The notes under the pieces are model-generated. The model did no database searches. It was not told the DNA's origin and saw only the letters and a program-made list of their open reading frames with translations. Shown here in pieces: positions 9,744-19,184 of a stretch of DNA of 64,000 nt; position 1 is the first letter of the stretch; each line of letters starts with the position of its first letter. The stretch covers positions 11,641 through 75,640 of the forward strand of contig CAUJHR010000023.1 of assembly GCA_963205195.1 (NCBI GenBank). The letters are read 5' to 3'. Origin of the DNA: Pseudomonadota bacterium (GTDB taxonomy: Bacteria > Pseudomonadota > Alphaproteobacteria > Rickettsiales > SXRF01). Position numbers and translations under genes: made by a program.

Positions 9744-10604
9744 TTATTTCTTCGGCCAGCGCTTATGCACCCAGAACCATTGTTCTGGATACTTGCGTAT
9801 CCAGTCTTCAAGCATCTTATTTATGGCAATCATTATATTTTGTACGTCTTTTTCCTTATCGCCGGTTTTTTCGTACTCAAGAGGCGGAAAAATTATACTT
9901 TCAAAATGCGCGCCTTTTTTGCGAATGGCATAGGCAGGAATGATAGGCATATCGTAGCGCAGGGCAAGCTCGGCAATTGCCGGAGCTGTCATTGCAGGAA
10001 AACCAAAGAACGGCACCGAAATACCATCATTCATTTTCTGGTCGACTAACATAGCGATAACATCGTTGTTTTTAATGGCGCGGGCGATTTTAACCGCACC
10101 CTGCCTGCCTTTCGGTATCATCGCAAAATAGCGCGGTGCCCTGATTTTTTCTATCATATTATCAACTATAGGGTTATTCGCCCCGCGATATATTCCGGTA
10201 ACTGGCCTTCCGCTTTTCTGGGCAATGCATGATAATAATTCCCAGTTACCTATATGCCCCGAAAACATAAAACCAGGGCTTCCTTGGGCAGTAAAATTTT
10301 CTGCGCCTTTTATGTCGATGCGTTTTACTATTTCATCGCTTTGGATATGGGCAAGCTCGGCAGCAACACGACCTAGATTGTCCCACATTTTATAGATTAT
10401 TCTGTTAACTTCATTTTTTTTGAGCTTGGGGAAAACCCTCATAAGATTTTCTTTTGCAGTTTTATGCGCGGAAAGATATGGGCCGATAGCGCGTGCCATC
10501 CATCCTCCCATTGCGGAAGCAAAGTCCAGAGGCAATAATCTGAAGGCGGTAAATAGCAGGTATAATGCGCCCGCCTCTATATAATATTTAGATTTTTTTA
10601 GCAT
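9744..10604 (-). CDS. lpxL: Lipid A biosynthesis (Kdo2-lipid IVA) late acyltransferase, LpxL/HtrB family
   Basis: Lauroyl/myristoyl acyltransferase family length and motifs (FSGHIGNWELL, PEQWFWVHKRWK). Last gene of the lipid A/Kdo operon. Confidence 0.8.
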   Translation of the reverse strand: MLKKSKYYIEAGALYLLFTAFRLLPLDFASAMGGWMARAIGPYLSAHKTAKENLMRVFPKLKKNEVNRIIYKMWDNLGRVAAELAHIQSDEIVKRIDIKGAENFTAQGSPGFMFSGHIGNWELLSCIAQKSGRPVTGIYRGANNPIVDNMIEKIRAPRYFAMIPKGRQGAVKIARAIKNNDVIAMLVDQKMNDGISVPFFGFPAMTAPAIAELALRYDMPIIPAYAIRKKGAHFESIIFPPLEYEKTGDKEKDVQNIMIAINKMLEDWIRKYPEQWFWVHKRWPKK

Positions 10605-11571
10605 TCAGTGCCGTTTCGATTAATTCTTCCAGTTTTTTTTCATTGTCAAACACCAGGTTCATTTCTGCAACAGCTATATCCTTTATATTCTGGCTGAAAT
10701 CCTTAGTTAGACGTGCGGCATCTTTGCTTGTTGTAACTAAAGTTGCATTTTGTTCCAGCGCTTTTACATGCAAAGATTCTAGATCTTTTTTCTTATAGTA
10801 ATAATGGTCGGGAAAAGAGATTTTTTCAATTATCTCCGCACCCGCATTGCTTAACATATAATAAAATTTCTGTGGGGCCGCGATACCACAAAAAGCGATT
10901 ATTTTTTTTCCTTTAAGCGCCAGCATGGAATCTTTAGGTTTGGATCTTGCAAGCAAGAAAGGGATCTTGGGAAGTGCAGTAGGCATAAAATTAGCTGGGT
11001 TTATTATTACCACAGCATTTGCGCGTTTAAGCCCCTGTGATACTTTTTCGCGAAGCGGCCCTGCCGGAAGCGTACGTTCATTGCCAAAACTTAAGCGCCT
11101 GTCCACCACTATAAGCGACAGGTCTTGAACCAAGCATGGATTCTGGAAACCATCATCCATAATGATAGCTTCTGCTCCCTGCTCAATGGCAAGTTTGGCG
11201 GCGGATAAGCGGTTTTTAGAAATTATTGTTGGAAGTATTTGTGCAAGCAAAAGCGGTTCATCGCCTACATCTTTTGCTGAATGTTTTTCGCAATTGACCA
11301 AAAGAGGTCCAGGTTCCTTGCCGCCATAACCACGGCTGATAAAATATGCTTTGATATTTTTCTTTTTAAGTATCTCACCAATATGCAAAGCCACCGGGGT
11401 TTTTCCGGCACCTCCAACAGTCAGGTTGCCAACACAGATAACTGGTACGGAAAGTTTAACAGGCTTAATAATTGAGCAATGAATTTTCCTTCCCAGTAAA
11501 TAAATAACAGAGGCTGGCAGCAGGCAAGTTGAAACAAGATTTTTAGAACCCCAAAAACTCGGTGCTTTCAT
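10588..11571 (-). CDS. lpxK: Tetraacyldisaccharide 4'-kinase
   Basis: P-loop VICVGNLTVGGAGKTP, then SRGYGG and DDGFQN motifs. Confidence 0.9.
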   Translation of the reverse strand: MKAPSFWGSKNLVSTCLLPASVIYLLGRKIHCSIIKPVKLSVPVICVGNLTVGGAGKTPVALHIGEILKKKNIKAYFISRGYGGKEPGPLLVNCEKHSAKDVGDEPLLLAQILPTIISKNRLSAAKLAIEQGAEAIIMDDGFQNPCLVQDLSLIVVDRRLSFGNERTLPAGPLREKVSQGLKRANAVVIINPANFMPTALPKIPFLLARSKPKDSMLALKGKKIIAFCGIAAPQKFYYMLSNAGAEIIEKISFPDHYYYKKKDLESLHVKALEQNATLVTTSKDAARLTKDFSQNIKDIAVAEMNLVFDNEKKLEELIETALNAKKI

Positions 11572-12875
11572 GATCTTTCCGCCGTATCATTTTTAATAGT
11601 GAAAATAGGGGCTATAGCATTAACTATCCTGGCGCTTGCGCCTGTCTTTCCACGCAGCCATTCCTTGCCGCGAACCTGTGCGCTGGTAAGCAGATCAGAA
11701 TTGCCCATAAGCTTATCAATTGTAGCGGCGAGTTCATCAGCGTTTTTGGCACGGAAGCAAATTGATAATTTTTCCATTTCATTGTATATTTCTGCAAAAT
11801 TATTGGTATTTGGGCCGGTTATTATGCAGCAGCGAAGCCTTGCTGGTTCCAGCGGGTTCTGTCCCCCATGCTCTATAAGCGAGCCGCCCATGAATACGAT
11901 TTCTGAAAGCCTGTAAAACAATCCAAGCTCGCCTAATGTATCAGCTATATAGATATTAGTTGCTGCCGTTACTTTATCCCCATTTGAACGCAAACCTACT
12001 TTACCATAACCTGAAAGTTGCTTTGCTATTTCAGCCCCCCGCATTGGATGCCTTGGAACAATTACTGTAAGTAAATCTGGATGGGTTTTTGTAAGTAAGG
12101 TATGCGCCCTGGCTAATATTTCTTCCTCGCCTGCATGTGTACTTGCGGCAAGCCACATAGGGCGCAATCCTATCGCCTGCTGCAAAGAAAACAGGTCGGC
12201 TTCGTTGCAAGAAAGCGGCAAGGCATCATGTTTTAAATTGCCAAGGCAACGTACATCTTGCGCGCCCAATCCACGGAAGCGCTGCGCGTCGGCTTCATTC
12301 TGCGCGAAAACTACTTCGAAGCAATTAAGCATCTGGTATATCATAAGCAGGCCGAATTTCTGCCACTTGTCATAAGATTTAACCGACATACGCCCGTTTA
12401 CAATTATCATAAAACATCCGCGTGCGCGGGCATTTATAACCAGGTTAGGCCATAATTCTGACTCTACCCAGAAGCCGATATCAGGCCGCCAATGGCGCAG
12501 GAAACGGTTAGTAGCCTCAGGAGTATCAACAGGTACAAACTGGTGAAGGACATTTTTAAGATTACGTTTTTCCATAAGCTTTGCCGAAGTAAGCGTACCG
12601 GTAGTTATAAGGATATTTATATCCCGAAACCGCGCCTGCAAAACATCGATCAATGGTAAAACAGAGTTAGCTTCTCCAACACTTGCGGCATGTATCCATA
12701 ATAATGTCCCTTTAGGCCTGGGGATATTTGAATGTCCAAATCGCTCAGCAAAACGCTTTTCGCTTTCGCGTCCCCGCAGGCGACGGAAACGCAGCCATAG
12801 GCCGATAGGACCAGAAAGGGCAGAGGTAATTATTTTATATGTTTTATAACGCATCCGCCTTTTCCACCAGATCAT
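11568..12875 (-). CDS. waaA: 3-deoxy-D-manno-octulosonic acid (Kdo) transferase
   Basis: LWIHAASVGE motif and a GGSL..HGGQNPLEPA C-terminal glycosyltransferase motif. The start may be an internal Met (MRYKTYK), because the track start overlaps the upstream gene by 32 nt. Confidence 0.9.
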   Translation of the reverse strand: MIWWKRRMRYKTYKIITSALSGPIGLWLRFRRLRGRESEKRFAERFGHSNIPRPKGTLLWIHAASVGEANSVLPLIDVLQARFRDINILITTGTLTSAKLMEKRNLKNVLHQFVPVDTPEATNRFLRHWRPDIGFWVESELWPNLVINARARGCFMIIVNGRMSVKSYDKWQKFGLLMIYQMLNCFEVVFAQNEADAQRFRGLGAQDVRCLGNLKHDALPLSCNEADLFSLQQAIGLRPMWLAASTHAGEEEILARAHTLLTKTHPDLLTVIVPRHPMRGAEIAKQLSGYGKVGLRSNGDKVTAATNIYIADTLGELGLFYRLSEIVFMGGSLIEHGGQNPLEPARLRCCIITGPNTNNFAEIYNEMEKLSICFRAKNADELAATIDKLMGNSDLLTSAQVRGKEWLRGKTGASARIVNAIAPIFTIKNDTAERS

Positions 12876-13491
12876 TCATGGCTGTTTCAATAGCAGCCCT
12901 TGCAGCTTCATCAGCTTCTTCTACCATAATCGGCTCGCCTATACAAAATACAATTCTTCCAAATGGTTTTGCCACCATGAACCTATCCCAGCTACGCATG
13001 CGCTTATGCTTGCTTGCAGAAAATGTAACCGGCATTACCGGCTTGCGTGCAAGCCTTGCAACTGTTGCAATTCCAATTGTGGCTTGCTGGTTGGGCCCGC
13101 GTGGTCCATCAGGGGTTATGCTAACATTATCACCTTTTTTTAGCAGGCGAACTATATTTCGTACTGCATCAGTACCGCCTTTGCTGGTTGATCCTACAAT
13201 TGTATCCTGATCGAAATGCCCTATAACCTGTGAGATCAATTTACCATCACGGTGCTCGGAAATAAGAACGTGCATTTTACGTGGCGGGTTTATGGCGGGA
13301 AGCAGCATCATCCGTCCATGCCAGAAGGCGAATATGGCATTGCCTTCGCCGCGCATAAGCCCAGCTGCTGCCGGGTGAATATGAAATTCCTTGCGATTGG
13401 TAAGCATGACCAGCCTTATATAAGAGGCCAGCAAATAGCTTAGCACCGATTGGGTAAATGCAGATTTCAGCAGGCGCTTGGATAGGGACAT
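12844..13491 (-). CDS. DUF374-type lysophospholipid acyltransferase-like protein
   Basis: 215 aa. FAFWHGRMM and the position between msbA and waaA match the conserved alphaproteobacterial DUF374 gene. Confidence 0.7.
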   Translation of the reverse strand: MSLSKRLLKSAFTQSVLSYLLASYIRLVMLTNRKEFHIHPAAAGLMRGEGNAIFAFWHGRMMLLPAINPPRKMHVLISEHRDGKLISQVIGHFDQDTIVGSTSKGGTDAVRNIVRLLKKGDNVSITPDGPRGPNQQATIGIATVARLARKPVMPVTFSASKHKRMRSWDRFMVAKPFGRIVFCIGEPIMVEEADEAARAAIETAMNDLVEKADAL

Positions 13492-13492
13492 T

Positions 13493-15253
13493 TTATGGGT
13501 TTTCTAAATTATCGGCGTAAAGTTTATAATATTTCCCGCGCTGCTGCATAAGGCTTGCGTGGTTACCGCTTTCGATCACTTTTCCACCTTCGATTACATA
13601 AATTATATCGGCATTTACGATTGTACTTAAGCGGTGCGCGATAACCAGTGTTGTGCGACCTTTCATAAGCTCCTGCAGTGAATTCTGGATATTGCGTTCA
13701 GATTCATTATCAAGTGATGATGTAGCTTCGTCGAGCAGTAATATCGGCGCGTTTTTTAGCATGGCGCGGGCAACCGCAATGCGTTGGCGCTGGCCGCCGG
13801 AAAGTCGTACGCCATGGGCACCTATCATAGTGTCATAACCTTGCGGCATGGCACGGATAAAATCATCAGCTGCCGCGCTTTTTGCAGCAGCGAATATTTC
13901 AGCATCGCTTGCCCCCTCACGCCCATAAGCTATGTTGGCTTTTATACTATCATCAAACAGCATTGATTCCTGCGGTACGAATGCCATAGCTTCGCGCAGG
14001 CTATGCATGGTAACTTCCCTGATATCCTGCCCGTCAATTGTGATATTTCCTGAATCAACATCATAAAAACGCAGCAGCAGGTTTATAATTGTCGATTTTC
14101 CACCTCCGGAAAGCCCAACCAGGGCAGCAGTTTTTCCTGCCGGAACCTCGATATTTATCCCATCAATTCCCCTGGATTGCGGCGTGTAATTAAATACAAC
14201 ATTTTTAAAACTTATATTGCCATTGGTTAGGAGTAGTTGCTTGGCATCTGCTGCGTCTTTAATTTTAGGAGGTGAGTCAAGCATGTTAAATAGGCGGCTG
14301 GCAGCAGCAATTCCTTCCTGTAAAACTCCATTTAAGCCAGACATGGCACGAACTGGCTTATAAGCCATCAGGAATGAAGCTATAAAAGAGGTGAACGCCC
14401 CAGTGCTTATAACACCATCCATAACCTGTGATCCTCCATACCAGATAACAAGCGCAATCGAAATACCGCTTAGCATTTCCATCATTGGTGTTGTTGCTGA
14501 TTGTGTGCGCGATGTTTTGTAATAAAGTTTGAATAGGGATTCTATGATTCCACCGGCACGATTTATTTCAAAACTTTCCCGGTTATATGATTTCACTGTA
14601 CGAACACCGCTGAAAATTTCATCAAGTGTTGTTGTAAAATTACCCAATTCATTTTGGGTTTTATCAGAGATACGCCGCATGCGTTTCCCTAACCGGATAA
14701 CCGGGTAGATAGCGGTAGGGAATGCGATAAGCGCAAGCAATGTTAGCTCCCAGTTCTGGTATACCATAACTCCTAAAAGAAACACCATGCTGAGCGATTC
14801 CTTGATAAGTGTGGTAAGTACATTGGAAAAGGCATTACGCAGGAGGTTTATATCGTTAGTGAAGCGTGATACAAGCCTTCCGGAAGATTGGCTATGGAAT
14901 AGGCTTATGTCACTTTTCATCAGGTGCTTAAATAAGCGTTTCTGCATATCGGCTATTATGCGCTGCCCGATAAAACGCATGGATAGTATATTTATATAAT
15001 TAGCAGCAGCGCCAATAAAAGTTATAAAAAAAACCGCAAATGGAATTACAAGCAGCATGTCACGGTCTTTTTCTATAAATATCTCGTCCAGCACCGGCCT
15101 TATCATCAGTGCATTAAGGGCGGTGCAGCTAGCCACTACCACCATACAAATCCCAGCGATAACAAGGTTTTTCCTGTAAGGTTTTATATGCTCGCGCAGC
15201 AACCGCCGGATAATTTCCTTGTTACTATGTTGTATGTTGCTGATCGTGGTCAT
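13493..15253 (-). CDS. msbA: Lipid A export ABC transporter, fused permease/ATPase (MsbA-like)
   Basis: Six-TM domain plus NBD with Walker A GLSGGGKST, signature LSGGQRQR and Walker B ILLLDEATS. Sits in the lipid A operon. Confidence 0.85.
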   Translation of the reverse strand: MTTISNIQHSNKEIIRRLLREHIKPYRKNLVIAGICMVVVASCTALNALMIRPVLDEIFIEKDRDMLLVIPFAVFFITFIGAAANYINILSMRFIGQRIIADMQKRLFKHLMKSDISLFHSQSSGRLVSRFTNDINLLRNAFSNVLTTLIKESLSMVFLLGVMVYQNWELTLLALIAFPTAIYPVIRLGKRMRRISDKTQNELGNFTTTLDEIFSGVRTVKSYNRESFEINRAGGIIESLFKLYYKTSRTQSATTPMMEMLSGISIALVIWYGGSQVMDGVISTGAFTSFIASFLMAYKPVRAMSGLNGVLQEGIAAASRLFNMLDSPPKIKDAADAKQLLLTNGNISFKNVVFNYTPQSRGIDGINIEVPAGKTAALVGLSGGGKSTIINLLLRFYDVDSGNITIDGQDIREVTMHSLREAMAFVPQESMLFDDSIKANIAYGREGASDAEIFAAAKSAAADDFIRAMPQGYDTMIGAHGVRLSGGQRQRIAVARAMLKNAPILLLDEATSSLDNESERNIQNSLQELMKGRTTLVIAHRLSTIVNADIIYVIEGGKVIESGNHASLMQQRGKYYKLYADNLENP

Positions 15254-15267
15254 AATTTATTATTTCC

Positions 15268-16632
15268 CTACACTCCTGCAACGGTCATATTCTCAACGCG
15301 CACTGTCGGGGCATTGGTTGAATAGCGGAAAGAAAGATCATTAGCAGGCGTAATTCCCTTGAACATTTCCTTTAAATGCCCGGCTATTGTTATTTCTGAA
15401 ACGGGATAGGCTATTTCACCATTTTCTATCCAGAACCCGGCAGCTCCCTGGCTGTAATCACCGGTTATGATATTTATTCCCATGCCGAAAGTTTCGGTTA
15501 GGTACAGACCGCTTTTAATATCGGCTATTAATTCCTTTGGAGATAATATGCCATTATCCATATACACATTTGTAGAAGAAGGCGAAGGTGGGGAAGCAAG
15601 CCCGCGTGAGGCATGACCTGTAGTTTTTAATTTAAGTTTGTTGGCGCTACGCATATCAAGAAGCCATGTTTTAAGCACGCCATTTTCCACCAATGTCATT
15701 TTTTTATTGGCAACTGCTTCCATATCGAAAGGCTTGGATGCTAATCCACGAACAATATGTGGATCATCTATTATAGATATATTGTTAGGGAATATATCGA
15801 TGCCTATTGAATCTTTAAGGAATGATGAGCCACGTGCGATAGAGCTGCCAGAAATTGCGGAAGTAAGTATGGAAAGCAAAGATTTGCTTACCCGGGGATC
15901 AAAAACTACTGGAACCCGGCAGGTGTTCACCTTATGGGGATTTATTCTTGCAAGCGCTCGGTTTGCTGCGCCAATACCTATTTCATGGGCGGATCTCAGG
16001 TCGTTTTTATGGCGTGCGCTGGTAAAATCATAATCCCTTTCCATACTGGTGCCGTTCCCTGCAAGCACTGAAACGGAGATAGAAAAACTGCTGCCCTCAT
16101 AATTCTCACAAAACCCTATATTGCCATTTTCCATTATCGCAAGCCCGACCAATGCACGGCTATATCCTGCATCGGCTCCTTCAGAATTGGTTATACCAGT
16201 AACCCCGCGTGCTGCATCTTCGGCTATGGCACATTGCTCCATGAGCCACTCAGGTGTTGGTTCTGCCTTATCAAGCAGGTCAAGCTTGGGTATTGATTTA
16301 GGGTAAAGAGCAGCCGGGGCGAGGGTGCTATCATTATCTGCGGGCGCAAGCCTGGCCATAGCAATTGCCCTCTGGGTGAATTCAATCATAGAATCTTTGC
16401 TTATATCTGTTGAAGAAACAATGGCTTGCCCTATTTCATTATTACCTTTTTCAACGAATACCCTAAGCCCGATTGCTGAATTCTCAGACCTTTCTATACC
16501 TTCTCGGTTCCCCATGCGCTGCGAAATACTGATATTAGTGTTTTTGATAAGCAGCGCATCCGCATTTTTTGCGCCTTCCTGCCGTGCTATTCCAAGCAGT
16601 TGAATTAATATTTCAGAATTAAGTCCCATCAC
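15268..16632 (-). CDS. pmbA: TldD/PmbA family metalloprotease (PmbA-like)
   Basis: 454 aa. The family-typical C-terminus (GDYSQGAAGFWIENGEIAYPV...ITIAG) fits PmbA/TldE. Confidence 0.85.
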   Translation of the reverse strand: MMGLNSEILIQLLGIARQEGAKNADALLIKNTNISISQRMGNREGIERSENSAIGLRVFVEKGNNEIGQAIVSSTDISKDSMIEFTQRAIAMARLAPADNDSTLAPAALYPKSIPKLDLLDKAEPTPEWLMEQCAIAEDAARGVTGITNSEGADAGYSRALVGLAIMENGNIGFCENYEGSSFSISVSVLAGNGTSMERDYDFTSARHKNDLRSAHEIGIGAANRALARINPHKVNTCRVPVVFDPRVSKSLLSILTSAISGSSIARGSSFLKDSIGIDIFPNNISIIDDPHIVRGLASKPFDMEAVANKKMTLVENGVLKTWLLDMRSANKLKLKTTGHASRGLASPPSPSSTNVYMDNGILSPKELIADIKSGLYLTETFGMGINIITGDYSQGAAGFWIENGEIAYPVSEITIAGHLKEMFKGITPANDLSFRYSTNAPTVRVENMTVAGV

Positions 16633-16740
16633 AGTTTACATAGCTTTTATCTAGAATTTATGATAAATTTAATACATAGTTACATTGTATTTAAAATAAA
16701 TTGTATCTATACTTTGCTTGTTATGAATAGGGAAGCTATT

Positions 16741-17136
16741 ATGCAGGATTTTGCGCCGAGGCCGAAGATAAACCGGCTTCCCCTTCCCCCTGCCGGAAAT
16801 TCAAAGAAATTACATATGGTTGACCTGGCCATTATAAGGCAGGCGGCTTTGTTTCTTATTGTAATTGCTGTGATATTTGGAGTTTATCATTATAACTTGG
16901 GTTTGCAGAAAACCCCAACCCCGGATGATACCCATCTTTTTGACCTGGTTAATGCTTCTGGAGATACTACCGTAAGGCAGGATGAATCACAGCTTTATTT
17001 CAGGGATAGTGAGGGGATCATAGTGGGCAGCATGATTAAAATAAATCCGGCCACTGAAAAAATGCGGGCCAAGGCAAGTATTGATCCCGAACAGAAAGTA
17101 GGCAATGATTTACTTGCTATACTTAGCAAATATTAA
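16741..17136 (+). CDS. Hypothetical single-pass membrane protein
   Basis: ORF with one TM (AALFLIVIAVIFGVYHY). ATG 16741 has GGGAAG upstream. ATG 16723 and the track start at 16660 are alternatives. No recognisable motif. Confidence 0.4.
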   Translation: MQDFAPRPKINRLPLPPAGNSKKLHMVDLAIIRQAALFLIVIAVIFGVYHYNLGLQKTPTPDDTHLFDLVNASGDTTVRQDESQLYFRDSEGIIVGSMIKINPATEKMRAKASIDPEQKVGNDLLAILSKY

Positions 17137-17218
17137 TATAAATTAAAAATTTATTTGACACTCGTTAACTTTTCATGCTAGGTAAAGCTTGAAAACTAAC
17201 CAGATGTGAAGAGTCTTT

Positions 17219-18253
17219 ATGTTATTAAATTTACGAAAATATTTGCCCGTATTATTTTCTCTGGCTTTATTCATAGCTATATCTGCAACCTCAGTTTTTG
17301 CCTATGCACGCCAGTCTGTTGCCCCTATTACTATTGTAACGGGCCTTAAAACTGGGACTTATTATATTTTTGGCCGTGATTTGTTTGAATCTGCCAAGAG
17401 GTCGGGAATTGATGTCGCTGTAAAGCCATCGGAAGGTTCGATTGACAATATAAAAATTATAAACAGTGACCCTAATGTTACCCTTGGTATAGTGCAATCC
17501 GATGTTCTTGGTTTTTTAGGTCGCTCTAAAAATCCCGATTCCATAAAAATGGCGAATAACCTGCGTATGGTTTTCCCTTTCTATAATGAAGAGATACATG
17601 TTCTTGCACGTAAAGAAATAAATGATTTCAAAGATCTGCAGGGTAAAAAAGTGGCAATTGGCGAAGAAGGTAGTGGCAATATGCTTACAGCTATCAATCT
17701 CTTCTCAATGATGAATGTCACCCCCGCTGAAAGCCAGAAAATTCCATCGGCGCAAGGTGTTGTTGAAGTTCTCAAAGGTGATATTGATGCAGTTATTTTT
17801 GTTGGCGGCAAACCGGTGCGGCTGTTTAAGAATCTCGAAGATTTAAGCCTGCCTGAAAACCAGAAATATGCCGCAATGCTTGAAAAAGTGCATTTTCTAC
17901 CAATGAACGGCCCAAAGATGCTTGAAGAATATAAGCCTGCCGAGATCACTCCGAGTGATTATAGTTTTGTGAAGGAAACTGTTCCTACTATTTCAGTGCA
18001 GGCTGTTTTGATAAGCCGTGATTTTTCACAACCAGAAAATGCTAAACGCTGTGATCAGATCGCAAAATTTGCCGATCTGATCCGTGGTGATATTCAGGCT
18101 CTCAGGGAAAATGGTCACCAGAAATGGAAGGAAGTAAACCTTGATGCGAATGTCGGGACCTGGAAAAAAGATAGCTGCGCCTGGGAAATAGCTAATAAGG
18201 CAAAGAGTCAGGAAACTTCTAAGGATTTGCTTAATATTCTTGATAAGCGATAA
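17219..18253 (+). CDS. TAXI-family TRAP transporter solute-binding protein (orphan)
   Basis: Signal peptide, then ITIVTGLKTGTYYIFGRDL and GIVQSDV motifs typical of TAXI/NMT1-like receptors. No TRAP permease gene nearby. Confidence 0.75.
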   Translation: MLLNLRKYLPVLFSLALFIAISATSVFAYARQSVAPITIVTGLKTGTYYIFGRDLFESAKRSGIDVAVKPSEGSIDNIKIINSDPNVTLGIVQSDVLGFLGRSKNPDSIKMANNLRMVFPFYNEEIHVLARKEINDFKDLQGKKVAIGEEGSGNMLTAINLFSMMNVTPAESQKIPSAQGVVEVLKGDIDAVIFVGGKPVRLFKNLEDLSLPENQKYAAMLEKVHFLPMNGPKMLEEYKPAEITPSDYSFVKETVPTISVQAVLISRDFSQPENAKRCDQIAKFADLIRGDIQALRENGHQKWKEVNLDANVGTWKKDSCAWEIANKAKSQETSKDLLNILDKR

Positions 18254-19171
18254 TTACGCTTTATCCTTTTTCATTAAATGCCCGGCCTTTTTAACCTTCG
18301 CTTCTATATAAGCGCGGTTATGCTTGCTGGTTTTTGCCACCAATGGCAGGCGCTTTACAATAGTAATGCCGTGTTTTTTCAACTCGGAAACCTTGCGCGG
18401 ATTATTAGAAAGCAAGTTGATTTCTTTAATGCCCAGATATTTAAGTATTGAGCTGGCGGCGGCAAAATCCCTCTCATCGTCAAAAAAGCCAAGCGCATGG
18501 TTTGCCGCGAAAGTATCTATGCCCTGTTCCTGTAGTTTATAGGCGCGCAGCTTGTTGTTAATTCCGATGCCGCGCCCTTCCTGGTTCATATATAAAAGAA
18601 CCCCATAACCGGACTTTTTGATGGCATCAAGTGCAAGCTTAAGTTGGGAACCGCAATCACAGCGCAGGCTTCCCAGCAGGTCACCGGTTATGCAGGAAGA
18701 ATGGACGCGTACCAGGGGATTTTCATTTTTTTTAGGTTTACCGACAATGAGGGCAAGATGTGTCTCATCAAATCCCTGGGCGCGAAAGCTTATTATTATT
18801 GAATCTTCTGCGCCTTCTAAAGGTAGTTTTGCGCGTGCTGTTTCAAAGATTATCCCGCCGGATTCATTAATTTCGCTTTCCAGCTTTGTTTCCAAAAAAA
18901 CCGGCCATCCTTCAGTCGCCTTTCCTTCCGGGATGATCGCAAGAGCAGGTAGCAGCCCCGCCCTTTTTGCAATATTTATCAAAATGGCAGATCTGCTAAG
19001 CTTATATCTGCTTTGGTTATTTTTTAAGAATTCTGCTGGGTATATTGCTATATTTTTACCGGTTTTTTGTTTAATAACAATCCCATCCTGCCCTCTAAGC
19101 AGTGCTATTGCTTTTTGCAGGGAAGTTGCCTTTCCAGCACCATCTTTACTATCTTTGTTTTTAGCAATCAT
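18254..19171 (-). CDS. ribA: GTP cyclohydrolase II with an N-terminal extension
   Basis: Core VRVHSSCITGDLLGSLRCDCGSQL...QEGRGIGINNKLRAYKLQEQGIDTFAAN...DERDF...LLSNNPRKV aligns along its length with RibA, and the three zinc Cys residues are retained. About 100 extra N-terminal residues. Confidence 0.85.
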   Translation of the reverse strand: MIAKNKDSKDGAGKATSLQKAIALLRGQDGIVIKQKTGKNIAIYPAEFLKNNQSRYKLSRSAILINIAKRAGLLPALAIIPEGKATEGWPVFLETKLESEINESGGIIFETARAKLPLEGAEDSIIISFRAQGFDETHLALIVGKPKKNENPLVRVHSSCITGDLLGSLRCDCGSQLKLALDAIKKSGYGVLLYMNQEGRGIGINNKLRAYKLQEQGIDTFAANHALGFFDDERDFAAASSILKYLGIKEINLLSNNPRKVSELKKHGITIVKRLPLVAKTSKHNRAYIEAKVKKAGHLMKKDKA

Positions 19172-19184
19172 TTATATTTCTTAT

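Noticed and set aside
18618-19184. N-terminal 189 codons of the 377-aa plus-strand ORF (18618-19751)
   Set aside because: This part is antisense to the well-supported ribA gene and has shadow-ORF composition. The real gene starts at ATG 19185, just past the ribA start codon.
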